Below, in pieces: positions 44,962 through 54,377 of a stretch of DNA of 64,000 nt. Source of the DNA: Candidatus Woesearchaeota archaeon (lineage in GTDB: Archaea; Nanobdellota; Nanobdellia; Woesearchaeales; JAZDKJ01); the NCBI GenBank assembly GCA_043803105.1, contig JAZDKJ010000006.1, positions 320,001 to 384,000 on the forward strand. The letters run 5' to 3'. The stretch's first letter is position 1. Every line of letters starts with the position of its first letter. The notes beneath the pieces were generated by a model. The model worked only from the letters and a program-made list of their open reading frames with translations. It did no database searches and had not been told where the DNA came from. A program made the translations under genes and the position numbers.

Positions 44962-47601
44962 TCAGGTGTTGTCTATTATGCTCTGGACGTTTAACTTACC
45001 TCCCTCTGATTTTGATACGTCCATGCTGTCTTCTCCGTAAAGGAATTGTATGATCTTTCCTGAAGCATCCCGCACAGTGTTGTCATACTCCACCTTCAGG
45101 TCCTGCATCGCGTTTGCCAGCCTTCTATAGAGGTATCCTGATTTTGGGGTCCTCAATGCTGTGTCCATGAGTGAATCCCTTCCGGTCATTGAGCCGAAGA
45201 AGAATTCTGCTGGGCTTAGCCCTTTCTTGAATCCATCCCTGATAAATCCGTGCGCGCTTGATCCCAGATCTCCTTTCTTGAAGTGGCTGATAGTCCTTCC
45301 CTGGTAGCCCTTGTCAATCCTCTTTCCCCTCATTGCCTGCTGGCCTACGCATGCTGCCATCTGGGCAAGGTTTAGGGGCGTACCGCGTGCTCCTGATTCT
45401 GCCATGATTATCGTGTGAGTTTTCTTGTCAGCGAATTCTGCCACTATCTCTCCTGTCCTGTTCCTGGTCTTGTTGAGTAGCTCCAATATCTTCAATTCAA
45501 GCGTCTCTTTGAGAGTCCTCCCTGGGAATGTCTCCAGTTTTCCGTCGCGATAGAGCGCAATCAATTGATTTACGTCCTCATCTGCCTTGTTGAGTTCTTG
45601 CTCTATCATCTGCCTTGCGTTCTCTGGCAGGTCAGTATCTGATATTGCAGTTGTGAATCCTCGCTTTGAAAGGACTGCTATTCCAAGCCTGAAGATGTTT
45701 TCAAGGATCTTTATTGTCTCATAAGGTCCATACTTCTTATGGAATTTCCTGAGCAAGAGTCCTGATCCCTCGCCAAGATTGCTTCTGTCCATCACTCCCT
45801 TTGTTAGCTGCCCTTTGCGTATCGTAACAACGTTGCTTCCATCCAGGTCTTTGGACTTTGATTTTCCGTCAAAATCGAAGTCATCCGGTAAGAGCACTGA
45901 GAACATCTCTTTTCCTGTCACCTTTTGCCTGCTTGGTAGCTTCGAGAGGTCTGAGATGCCAATTGAAATCATTAGCTCAACCGCTTGCGTTCTTGGCATT
46001 TCCATGAATTTTGTGAGTAGATAATTGCCTGAGATTGAGTCCTGGATGCAGCCTATCACAGATAGCCCGTATCTTGGGCTTATGAGCTGGGTCGGGACTG
46101 ACATAAGTATCTCTGCCTCAGCCCTTGCTTCCTCTGTCTGAGGTATGTGGAGGTTCATTTCGTCTCCGTCAAAGTCTGCGTTGTATGGATGGCACACTGC
46201 TGGATTCAGCCTAAGCGTCTTTCCAGGCAAGACCCTGACTTGATGGCACATCATGCTCATCCTGTGCAGGCTTGGCTGCCTGTTGAATATTGCGACGTCC
46301 CCATCAAGAAGATGCCTTTCAACAGAATAACCTGGCTGAAGTTCTTCCAGGCTTGCTTCTTTTGTCTCGTCTGTAATTTTCTTTTTCTTGCCGTCAGGCC
46401 TTATGATATAGTTTGCTCCAGGATATGTTCCGGGGCCCCTCTCTACAAATTTCTTGAGGTAGGCCATATTCCAAGAGTTTACGATTTCAGGCACTGTGAG
46501 TTTCATTGCTATTTCCTTTGGCACCCCGACCTCGCTTAAGTTTAGCATTGGGTCTGGGCTGATCACTGTCCTTGCGCAGAAGTTTGTTCTCTTTCCTGCA
46601 AGGTTATGTCGTATCCTTCCTTCCTTGCTCTTGATTCGCTCAGTGATTGTCTTGAGCGGCTGTCCGCTTCGATGCCTTGCCGGTGGCAATTGTGCTATGT
46701 TATTGTCAAAGAATGTGGTGACATGGTATTGAAGCAGGTCCCATAGGTCCTCGATAATTATTTCTGGTGCTCCTGCATTTATGTTTTCGAACAGTCTCTG
46801 ATTGATTCTGACAATGTCTCCCAATTTGTGTGTGAGATCGTCTTCAGAGCGCTCTCCAGACTCCAGAGTGATTGAGGGTCTCATCGTGACTGGTGGTATT
46901 GGCAGGAGTGTTAGCACCATCCATTCTGGTCTTACAGCCTTGGGATTTATTCCGAAAAGGTCAGCATCATCATCGGGAATCCTCTCCAATCTTGTCCTTA
47001 CCTCTATCGGATTCAGCCTTCGCTCGTTTTCCATGAAGGTTGTTGGTTTCTCGAGCAAAACCTTGTGTTGTCGTGCCTTGCAATAAGGGCACTTGTTTGC
47101 TGTCTTTAGGCTGTTCACAATTTCTTTGATGGCCTTTCTGCGTCCCTCTACGCCAGATTCCTTTTCCACTTTCGCGAGCTGGTCTTGGTAGTATTCAATC
47201 TTGTTTTTTGGGATAAGAACTCTTCCGCAATCCCTGCATGTGCACTTGAGGAGCGTTAGAATCACTCCCACAAACTTCACGTGCATTATCGGCCTTGCAA
47301 GTTCTATATAACCGAAGTGTCCTATGCACTCCTTTAATTTTGATCCGCATGTCTTGCACTTGAGTCCTGGATCAATGACTCCTAGCCTGATATCCATTAG
47401 CCCACCGTCAACAGGATAACCCTCCTTGTCATAAAGCTCAGGCGTGACTATCTTTGCCGAGGCCATCTGCTTTACCATCTTTGGGCTTAGCACTCCAAAT
47501 ACTATGCTGCTTACCTGCTTGTAAATATATTGCACAGGCTCTTCAGCTAGTTCCACGACCTCTTTTGTTAGTTCAGCTGCTGCTGGTGTTTCGTCTGCCA
47601 T
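44962..47601 (-). CDS. rpoA1: RNA polymerase subunit A'
   Basis: [11 protein letters not shown] catalytic motif, FNRQPSLH. Confidence 0.99.
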   Translation of the reverse strand: MADETPAAAELTKEVVELAEEPVQYIYKQVSSIVFGVLSPKMVKQMASAKIVTPELYDKEGYPVDGGLMDIRLGVIDPGLKCKTCGSKLKECIGHFGYIELARPIMHVKFVGVILTLLKCTCRDCGRVLIPKNKIEYYQDQLAKVEKESGVEGRRKAIKEIVNSLKTANKCPYCKARQHKVLLEKPTTFMENERRLNPIEVRTRLERIPDDDADLFGINPKAVRPEWMVLTLLPIPPVTMRPSITLESGERSEDDLTHKLGDIVRINQRLFENINAGAPEIIIEDLWDLLQYHVTTFFDNNIAQLPPARHRSGQPLKTITERIKSKEGRIRHNLAGKRTNFCARTVISPDPMLNLSEVGVPKEIAMKLTVPEIVNSWNMAYLKKFVERGPGTYPGANYIIRPDGKKKKITDETKEASLEELQPGYSVERHLLDGDVAIFNRQPSLHRMSMMCHQVRVLPGKTLRLNPAVCHPYNADFDGDEMNLHIPQTEEARAEAEILMSVPTQLISPRYGLSVIGCIQDSISGNYLLTKFMEMPRTQAVELMISIGISDLSKLPSRQKVTGKEMFSVLLPDDFDFDGKSKSKDLDGSNVVTIRKGQLTKGVMDRSNLGEGSGLLLRKFHKKYGPYETIKILENIFRLGIAVLSKRGFTTAISDTDLPENARQMIEQELNKADEDVNQLIALYRDGKLETFPGRTLKETLELKILELLNKTRNRTGEIVAEFADKKTHTIIMAESGARGTPLNLAQMAACVGQQAMRGKRIDKGYQGRTISHFKKGDLGSSAHGFIRDGFKKGLSPAEFFFGSMTGRDSLMDTALRTPKSGYLYRRLANAMQDLKVEYDNTVRDASGKIIQFLYGEDSMDVSKSEGGKLNVQSIIDNT

Positions 47602-47605
47602 TTTC

Positions 47606-49408
47606 TCAATATTTGTTTTTCAATACAAGTTTAGGGTAGATGCATAGTGACTTGAATTCGTCGAGCATCAATTTGAACGCATAGCTCAATTCGATATTGT
47701 TTATCTCCACATTCTCTCCGCAGACAGGGCAGTACTTCTTGTCCTTGTATGCGTCGTATATTGCAATTATTCCGCAGTTCTCGCAGACTGGTACGACTGT
47801 CTTGTCTGAGTCGAACCTTTCTTTGAGGAGTAATGATGCTCCGTGAGCCACAAAGGTGTCCTTTTCCATTTCTCCAAGCCTTAGGCCTCCCTCTTTTGCT
47901 CTTCCCTCTGTTGGCTGTCTTGTGAGCAGTTGTATTGGTCCCCTTGCTCTCGAGTGTATCTTGTTTGCAACCATGTGCCTTAGCTTGAGATAATACATGT
48001 TACCGATGAATATCTTTGCCTCGAACCTCTCTCCAGTCTCCCCATTGTACATGGTCTCTGTCCCATTCTCCCTGAAGCCAAGCCCGAGCAACTCCTTTCT
48101 TATGTCTGACTCTTTTTCTGAGCTGAATGTTGTTCCGTCTACGTATCTTCCTGCCAGTGCTGCAGTTTTTCCTGCCACTAGCTCAAGCAGGTGCGCTATT
48201 GTCATTCTGCTCGGTATTCCGTGCGGTGAGAATAATAGGTCTGGCACTATTCCTGATGCGCTGAATGGCATGTCAGCATGAGGCACGATTAGTCCGATTA
48301 CCCCCTTCTGTCCATGTCTTGATGTGAACTTGTCGCCTATCTCGGGTATTCTCTGGTCTCTTACCCTTACCTGCATGAGTTTGTTTCCCTCTTCGTTTTC
48401 TGTTATCAATACAAAGTCCACTATTCCCTGCTCACCGTGCTTTAACGCCACTGAGCTCTCCCTTCTTGTGTTTGACGCTAAGCTATACTCATCCATGCCT
48501 GAGAGGAATCTTGGTGGGCTGGTCTTTCCTATGACAACGTCCTCTTCCTTGACTGGCGCTTCAGGGTATACTATTCCGTCAGGCTCAAGGAGCCTATAAT
48601 CTCTCTCGCTCTTATAGCCCTTTACATCTTTGTTTGGTATGCAGACATCGTCCATTAGTCCGCCCGAATACCTGAGCTCTTCCGTTATTGATGGTCGATA
48701 ATATGTGCTTCTTCCCATGCCCCTGTCTATCGATCCCTTGTTGATTATAATCGCGTCTTCCATGTTATAGCCCTTGTAGCTCATAACCGCAACAACAAGG
48801 TTTTGTCCTGCAGGGTGCTTGTCGTAGTCAGATATTTCGTGGATTATTGATTGCACGAGTGGCATCTGTGGTGTGTGCAGGAGGCTCACGTCCATGTCCA
48901 TCCTTATGTCAAAGTTGGCAGCGTACAACCCTATTGCCTGCTTTTGGTTCTTGCTTCCCATGTTCAGCCTTGCTCCCTGGGTAAAGTTACCGAAGGGCAC
49001 AAGCGCAACTGTTAGTCCGCACATTGCCAAGGGTGTTATCTCCAGGTGGGTGTGTTCTGCTGTTACGTCCTCTGGCGTGAAGGCAACAAGGGTGTTCTCT
49101 TCCTCCATTGCATCCAGGTATTCTATTACTCCTTGCTCTACAAGTTCCTTCCAGCCTATCTCCCCTTTCTGCAGCTGCTTGATGTGTTTTTCAGTTATGA
49201 GCGCTACTCCGTCCTTTACCACGATTAGCGGCCTTCTTACCCTGCCCCTAAGGCTTTCTATTCTTACCTCGTCGATTTTGTCATTGTAGTATACGTTTAC
49301 TGAGTCTGAGAGGACTCCCTTTCTTCTCTCTGCCTTTACCTGCTTTACAAAGTCCTCAGGATTATCGATTGTTCCCACATATTTGCCATTCAAAAAAACT
49401 TCGCTCAT
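47606..49408 (-). CDS. rpoB1: RNA polymerase subunit B'
   Basis: GDKFTSRHGQKG, GGLRLGEME. Confidence 0.98.
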   Translation of the reverse strand: MSEVFLNGKYVGTIDNPEDFVKQVKAERRKGVLSDSVNVYYNDKIDEVRIESLRGRVRRPLIVVKDGVALITEKHIKQLQKGEIGWKELVEQGVIEYLDAMEEENTLVAFTPEDVTAEHTHLEITPLAMCGLTVALVPFGNFTQGARLNMGSKNQKQAIGLYAANFDIRMDMDVSLLHTPQMPLVQSIIHEISDYDKHPAGQNLVVAVMSYKGYNMEDAIIINKGSIDRGMGRSTYYRPSITEELRYSGGLMDDVCIPNKDVKGYKSERDYRLLEPDGIVYPEAPVKEEDVVIGKTSPPRFLSGMDEYSLASNTRRESSVALKHGEQGIVDFVLITENEEGNKLMQVRVRDQRIPEIGDKFTSRHGQKGVIGLIVPHADMPFSASGIVPDLLFSPHGIPSRMTIAHLLELVAGKTAALAGRYVDGTTFSSEKESDIRKELLGLGFRENGTETMYNGETGERFEAKIFIGNMYYLKLRHMVANKIHSRARGPIQLLTRQPTEGRAKEGGLRLGEMEKDTFVAHGASLLLKERFDSDKTVVPVCENCGIIAIYDAYKDKKYCPVCGENVEINNIELSYAFKLMLDEFKSLCIYPKLVLKNKY

Positions 49409-50892
49409 TTGATTACCTTCAGCCCCAAGCCTTTGAGTGCCTTGAGCACCTCTTCCTCGTTTGTGTCTGCCGAGACGCTTGCGAGTAGCGCAAGGTTCTT
49501 TCTTAACCCTATATTTGTTCCTTCAGGTGTCTCGATAGGGCATAGCCTTCCAAGGTGGGTGCTGTGCAGCTCCCTTGCCGCAAAGTTCTCCTGCGAGGCT
49601 GAGAGCGGGCTCACCACCCTTTGCAGGTGCGAGACTGTCTCCAGGAAGTTTAGCCTCTGAATTCTTTGGCTGATTCCCTTCCTGCCGCCTACCCAGGCTC
49701 CTGTTGCCATCGAGCTGTATATCCTCTGGGTTAATAGCTTGTCCCTGATTATCACTTTGATGCTTGGGAATTTTCCCCTCTTTACTATTCTCTGGAAATT
49801 GTATAGTAGGTCTCCGATCAGCACTTTAAGGTTTACCCTGAATAGGTCTGCCAATAGGTCTCCTGAGCACTTGAGCCTCTTGTTCTTGTAGTGGTCCTTG
49901 TCGTCTTCCTCTACCTCTCCGTTTGACACAAGGATATATTTCTTGAGCATCTTGCAAAGGTTGTATGCTTTGTATATTCTCTCTTCTTTTTTCATTCCGA
50001 TATGGGGCATCAGGTAGCGGTCAATTATCTCGGTTGTTCTTTCGATCCTGATTTCCTTTGCTTGTGTTATGCCTATCCTTTTTGCTATGAAGTCTAATGC
50101 GTCTTCACTCGTCTTTATATCTGCGAAGCTGTATAGGTTCACGACCACCTCATCGAATTGCCTCTCCTTGGATACTGACTTCATTATATCTTCATCGTTC
50201 AGGAGGCCAAGTGATTTTATGACGATTATTAACGGAATTCTCTTAACTCTTGTAAAGGACAAATAGAAGATTCCATCCTTCATCTTTTCCAGTGTATGAG
50301 GTATCTTGTAATACCCATGCTCTGAGAATAGCTTGCCTGTGTATTCCGAAACCCCAATGTTTTGCTTCTCCACCAAAAGTTGGTTTGATGCGAGGTCTTC
50401 GACATCGATTAGTACCTTTTCTGTTCCGTTGATTATGAAATATCCTCCTGGGTCATCAGGGTCTTCACCCTTTTCTATAATCTCGTCCCTTGACATGTTG
50501 TGCAGGTGGCAAAACTTGCTCCTCAGCATGATTGGTATTGAGCCAACCTGGGTTACAAATGATTCTCTCTGCACATCATTGATATGGGCGCTTACCTCGA
50601 TGAAGCATGGGCTTGCATAAGTTATCTTTCTTAGTCTTGCTTCAACAGGGTATATTGCCCTCCTTGAGCCGTCTGCTTCTGTTATCTCCGGCTTTGTGAG
50701 CCATATCTTGTCAAGCCTTATCTTGAACTTGTCGACATTGCTTGGGATTATTGTGGGCTCTATATCTTTGTTTTCTTCTATAATCTTCTGCAGCTCGTGC
50801 TCTATAAAATAATTGTAGGACTCTATGTCTGACTTTATGAGGGAATAGCTTTCAAAATATTTTTGTATCAGCAATTTTGCAGTGTTAACCAT
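49405..50892 (-). CDS. rpoB2: RNA polymerase subunit B''
   Basis: GGYFIINGTE, LCPIETPEG.N.GL.KNL. Confidence 0.98.
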   Translation of the reverse strand: MVNTAKLLIQKYFESYSLIKSDIESYNYFIEHELQKIIEENKDIEPTIIPSNVDKFKIRLDKIWLTKPEITEADGSRRAIYPVEARLRKITYASPCFIEVSAHINDVQRESFVTQVGSIPIMLRSKFCHLHNMSRDEIIEKGEDPDDPGGYFIINGTEKVLIDVEDLASNQLLVEKQNIGVSEYTGKLFSEHGYYKIPHTLEKMKDGIFYLSFTRVKRIPLIIVIKSLGLLNDEDIMKSVSKERQFDEVVVNLYSFADIKTSEDALDFIAKRIGITQAKEIRIERTTEIIDRYLMPHIGMKKEERIYKAYNLCKMLKKYILVSNGEVEEDDKDHYKNKRLKCSGDLLADLFRVNLKVLIGDLLYNFQRIVKRGKFPSIKVIIRDKLLTQRIYSSMATGAWVGGRKGISQRIQRLNFLETVSHLQRVVSPLSASQENFAARELHSTHLGRLCPIETPEGTNIGLRKNLALLASVSADTNEEEVLKALKGLGLKVIK

Positions 50893-51127
50893 TTATCGCA
50901 CATCTGTAATAGTATGATTCTCCTGCAGTGCTGCTCTTTCGCGTTATCTTGACGACATCTCTCGGCTTTAGCTTTAGATCAATTACCGCAGGATCCTTGA
51001 TAAGTAGTTTTGGTAGTTCGTTCTCAGTAATGTGGAAATGCTCGAGCAGCTGTTTTTTTTCAGCCTCGCTAAGTTTTTTATGCTTAGGCACAAGAATGTG
51101 TTTGCTTATGTTGAATGATGGCTTCAT
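50885..51127 (-). CDS. rpoH: RNA polymerase subunit H (Rpo5)
   Basis: HILVPKH..LS, LPK....DP, ITRKS.TAG..YYR. Start moved to ATG 51127 because the longer ORF overlaps a tRNA. Confidence 0.96.
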   Translation of the reverse strand: MKPSFNISKHILVPKHKKLSEAEKKQLLEHFHITENELPKLLIKDPAVIDLKLKPRDVVKITRKSSTAGESYYYRCAING

Positions 51128-51138
51128 TTTAGATTGAA

Positions 51139-51265
51139 TGGGCCGGACGAGATTTTCTTTGTTTTTTTTTCCAAGTTGCATTCGAACTCGCGACCACCTG
51201 ATTGCTTTGCAGCTTAAAAGTCAGGTGCTCTATTGCCCTTATACTCCAGGCTGAGCTACCGGCCC
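51139..51265 (-). tRNA. tRNA-Lys(TTT) with three introns: D-loop 13 nt, 37/38 12 nt, 59/60 28 nt
   Basis: GGGCCGGTAGCTCAGCCTGG[AGTATAAGGGCAA]TAGAGCACCTGACTTTTA[AGCTGCAAAGCA]ATCAGGTGGTCGCGAGTTCGAA[28 nt]TCTCGTCCGGCCCA gives a canonical cloverleaf. Confidence 0.9.
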
Positions 51266-51280
51266 ATCGTGATTGAAAAA

Positions 51281-51446
51281 CGCCCTGGTCGGGACTTCCA
51301 ACAACAGACATGCCGTATGACATTTTCAGCTGATTTGAACCCGAGTCGAAGCCTTTTTGCGGTAGCAAACAGTAATTCAACCCTCCCTCTGGTTGAAAAG
51401 CCACCTCGACAGGGCTTCATGATAGGCCAGACTACACTACCAGGGC
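51281..51446 (-). tRNA. tRNA-Asp(GTC) with two introns: 37/38 at 51355-51406 and 59/60 at 51295-51333
   Basis: GCCCTGG/CCAGGGC acceptor, AAGCC/GGCTT anticodon stem, TCGGG/CCCGA T stem; intron helix GGTGGC/GCTACC. Confidence 0.9.
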
Positions 51447-51653
51447 TTTGACCTAGTTAAGCCTAATTTAAGCTTTCTAGCCACCAAGCAGTCCACATAG
51501 GTCTTCTTAAGCGCATAGAAAGATTGAATTGGCATGGCCCACCTATCTTCACACCTGTTTATAAAGCTTGTGGTTTTTTCCTGACTTATTCAGGTCTGCT
51601 TGAACTTTTGCTTGATTACTTTCAAATGTTCTGCTCGAATTAAAGCGAGAATA

Positions 51654-51780
51654 TCCCCGAGGCCGGAGTCGAACCAGCAACCTTTCGGTAACGGCTGAGT
51701 GTTTTTCACATTCTGCACTGAGTGCAATATCAAAACACTATCCCTACAGCCGAACGCTCTAGCCATTGAGCTACTCGGGG
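51654..51780 (-). tRNA. tRNA-Tyr(GTA) with a 54-nt intron at 37/38 (51690-51743)
   Basis: CCCCGAG/CTCGGGG acceptor, TTCGG/CCGAA stem with GTA, GCTGGTTCGACTCCGGC T arm. Confidence 0.92.
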
Positions 51781-51784
51781 AAGC

Positions 51785-51900
51785 TTTTTTCCTTAGGAAA
51801 AAACCTTGGAAAATATGTTTTTGCCAAGGCAAAAACGCTGCCTTTAAGGCAGCTAAAGTTGCGAGCTGACTTTTCAGCTCAGCTATTGAGCTACTCAGGG
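51785..51900 (-). repeat. Degenerate copy of the tRNA-Tyr 5' end followed by four palindromes
   Basis: 51881-51900 is 18/20 identical to 51761-51780; inverted repeats at 51785-51803, 51817-51836, 51837-51853 and 51863-51880. Confidence 0.75.
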
Positions 51901-51998
51901 ATAATTCAATGAATAACAAACAAGGGTCTTTTTATAAACATTTCTTATCTCTGTGTGTGCTTCTTTCTTCGGAACGACTCAGAATTTTGCTATTGCTA

Positions 51999-52358
51999 TT
52001 AGTGTACAATTCTCATTTTTCCAGCCATGACTAAATTGTGCTCAATCTCTAGCTTGTTGAATCTTTTTTCCATCGCTAGGATCTTATCGACTTTTTGCTC
52101 TGTTTGCTCTACACCGTTCTTTATCTTACCTAATTTGTATGCTCCCCCGAGAATCGAAATGCCTCCTCCAAGATATGGTATCATCTCTACCCACACTGGA
52201 GAGCGCACAATTCCAAAAACCTTAAGCAGCGCCCACAGGAGTATTGCCAGTGCTCCTATGACAATCAGGGAATCCCAGAGGTCAAAACTTGCGTTGAAGA
52301 GTTTTTTTAGCTTTTGAATTGTCCTCATGCTGGCAGCAATAATAAAAAGGTCGTTCAT
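51999..52358 (-). CDS. Small membrane protein with a C-terminal coiled coil
   Basis: Two hydrophobic segments; start may be at ATG 52328. Confidence 0.65.
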   Translation of the reverse strand: MNDLFIIAASMRTIQKLKKLFNASFDLWDSLIVIGALAILLWALLKVFGIVRSPVWVEMIPYLGGGISILGGAYKLGKIKNGVEQTEQKVDKILAMEKRFNKLEIEHNLVMAGKMRIVH

Positions 52359-52425
52359 AAACTTTTGTCTTCGATAAATCCAGATTGTATGAATGAGCCG
52401 TAAATCTTCCGAAAGTCACAACATC

Positions 52426-54375
52426 TTATTTCTGCGGTTCGCTCGATGTCCAGTCCTGCTTGCACATGTTGTCGATTGCAGAGTATGCAAAGCTGCCCAG
52501 AGTATAGTCGAGAAGTTTCCATGTCAAATCTCCTGCCAGGGCCTTGTTTGCCTGCTGTTGGGCTTCCCTCTCTGCTATTGCTTTTTGCTCGGCAGGGTCA
52601 TTGTATGCTCCTGCAGTCTTCGCACTCAACACACTGGCGTATACTATTCCATCCGTACCGAGCACTGTTTTTTCCCCACTTAGTGCTATCCTTTCAGACC
52701 TGATTGGCCCACCCTCATCAAATGTGTACTCTGTAACCATGGCCCCTGCTTGTGCAATATAGGTGCTTGATATTGCTCGTGTTGGAGGTGGAAAACTTTG
52801 TGGTGTACACACAGTGGGAGGAAATCCCTGCTTGACATATGCACCGTAAGGATACTCACTGTTAGGTTCTTGGTATTGGTAGTCCTGTTGTGCAAAATAG
52901 ACTTGGGTGAGTGTAGGATCCTGCGCAGCTTGGCTGGCGCTTATGTCTATGATATTTATATCCGGATATATTGTGCTTTTCCAGCAGTTGCAGTTTGTAT
53001 TGAAATGGTAAGAACCTTCTGATGCTATGCTTGATATCTTCCCGTTATACCCGTTTTGGGTTAGGTCAGTTTGGAGTGTAAGATAGCTCATCCCTGATTT
53101 TAGGAGAGGGGTGTTGCCCCCAGCCACAATATAGTAACTGTATTTACCTTCCTTGTCAGTTGCAGATTGGCTATCAATTTTGCTTATTATTATCTGCCCC
53201 TTGTTCCCGTCAAAAACAACCCCTGCCTTCACATCATCAACCGTAACTGAAGGTTTGACTACCTGTCCGTTCTTCGCTACCCCATCATACATTTTGTCTC
53301 CATTCTTGTCAACCAATCTGTAATTATAGGGCACGGGTCTTCCAGACAACCTGTTCTTTATGTCCTCAAAGTGCAGGTCAGTGCATGTTGGTTCATTAAA
53401 GCTCGTTGACATCCAGTTCCATGACTCTGTTACCTGTGATATCATTCCAGGAATGTTGGTGAGCTCCATCAATTTCAATACGCATTTTGGTATGGCTGCC
53501 TGCTTGATGATTTCTCCCAGCTGGCTTGCAAGGTATTTTGCCAGGATTGACATAAGTATCTTAGCCACAGTCTTTAGTATAGAACCTTTCCAGTACATGC
53601 ACAGCGCTTCATCTAGTTGTTTCTCGCATGCCTCTGTTGATATTCCTGCGGTGCACGCCTGTTCGATGCAGCAATTATACACCTGGTAGATTGTCTTGAG
53701 CTTTCTTATGTTAAATAGTATTGCAACTGGGCACAGGCAGTAAGTTGCAGTGTAGATGTTCTCATAAGGATTCAGGTGGAAATCTCCGATAGCCAGGTTT
53801 CCGTACCCTCCGCCTGTTGTTGTCTTTCCAACTCCAACCGTGTTGCTCAGGCTTTCAGAGTTCTGTCCTAGCACCGGCACGTTCTTCACTATTCCTCCGC
53901 ATCCAAACTTTCCTGTGCACCAGCCGCAGCTTACAAGACAGCACAATCCCTGCACTACCGGCAATTTGTACACGCTAGACCATGCCTTAAACACTTTTTG
54001 CATTGCTATGCAAAGTTTGGTGCCAGTGAGTAGTCCAAGCAGGCAGCAGTCCCCTGCCTCGTCTCCTGAGAACCCTATTAAGCTTGATATTGCCGATAGC
54101 ACGATGTCTATGGCGCTCATTACAGTGCATATCATGAGCATTATTGACGCTACGCTCTCAAGCGTTCCTATTACTCCATTGTCAAGCGAGTCAGCTATGC
54201 CTGAGCTTTTCTTGTGCTTCTCAATGCACTGCTGTCCAGCCTCAAGGTCTGTTGTGCCAGTTTCCTCTGTTGCCTTACCAGTAACTGGATTTACCTCTGC
54301 AAATGCGATTGAAGTGCAAAATGGGATGCTGATTATGAGAAAGATTAGGATTTTGGCTACTTGCTGTTTTATCAT
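52426..54375 (-). CDS. Large secreted or membrane Cys-rich hypothetical protein
   Basis: Signal peptide ending AFA; many Cys clusters (CC, CCLVSCGWC, YNCCIEQAC). Confidence 0.75.
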   Translation of the reverse strand: MIKQQVAKILIFLIISIPFCTSIAFAEVNPVTGKATEETGTTDLEAGQQCIEKHKKSSGIADSLDNGVIGTLESVASIMLMICTVMSAIDIVLSAISSLIGFSGDEAGDCCLLGLLTGTKLCIAMQKVFKAWSSVYKLPVVQGLCCLVSCGWCTGKFGCGGIVKNVPVLGQNSESLSNTVGVGKTTTGGGYGNLAIGDFHLNPYENIYTATYCLCPVAILFNIRKLKTIYQVYNCCIEQACTAGISTEACEKQLDEALCMYWKGSILKTVAKILMSILAKYLASQLGEIIKQAAIPKCVLKLMELTNIPGMISQVTESWNWMSTSFNEPTCTDLHFEDIKNRLSGRPVPYNYRLVDKNGDKMYDGVAKNGQVVKPSVTVDDVKAGVVFDGNKGQIIISKIDSQSATDKEGKYSYYIVAGGNTPLLKSGMSYLTLQTDLTQNGYNGKISSIASEGSYHFNTNCNCWKSTIYPDINIIDISASQAAQDPTLTQVYFAQQDYQYQEPNSEYPYGAYVKQGFPPTVCTPQSFPPPTRAISSTYIAQAGAMVTEYTFDEGGPIRSERIALSGEKTVLGTDGIVYASVLSAKTAGAYNDPAEQKAIAEREAQQQANKALAGDLTWKLLDYTLGSFAYSAIDNMCKQDWTSSEPQK

Positions 54376-54377
54376 TT

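Noticed and set aside
47606-50892. Split rpoB as a novelty
   Set aside because: The B'/B'' split is common in archaea
51877-51900. Split-tRNA 5' half
   Set aside because: The D-loop lacks the conserved GG and a complete tRNA-Tyr lies directly downstream; kept only as a degenerate duplication
51129-51919. ORFs 51129-51404, 51233-51451 and 51590-51919, and the extended rpoH start
   Set aside because: They overlap intron-containing tRNA genes
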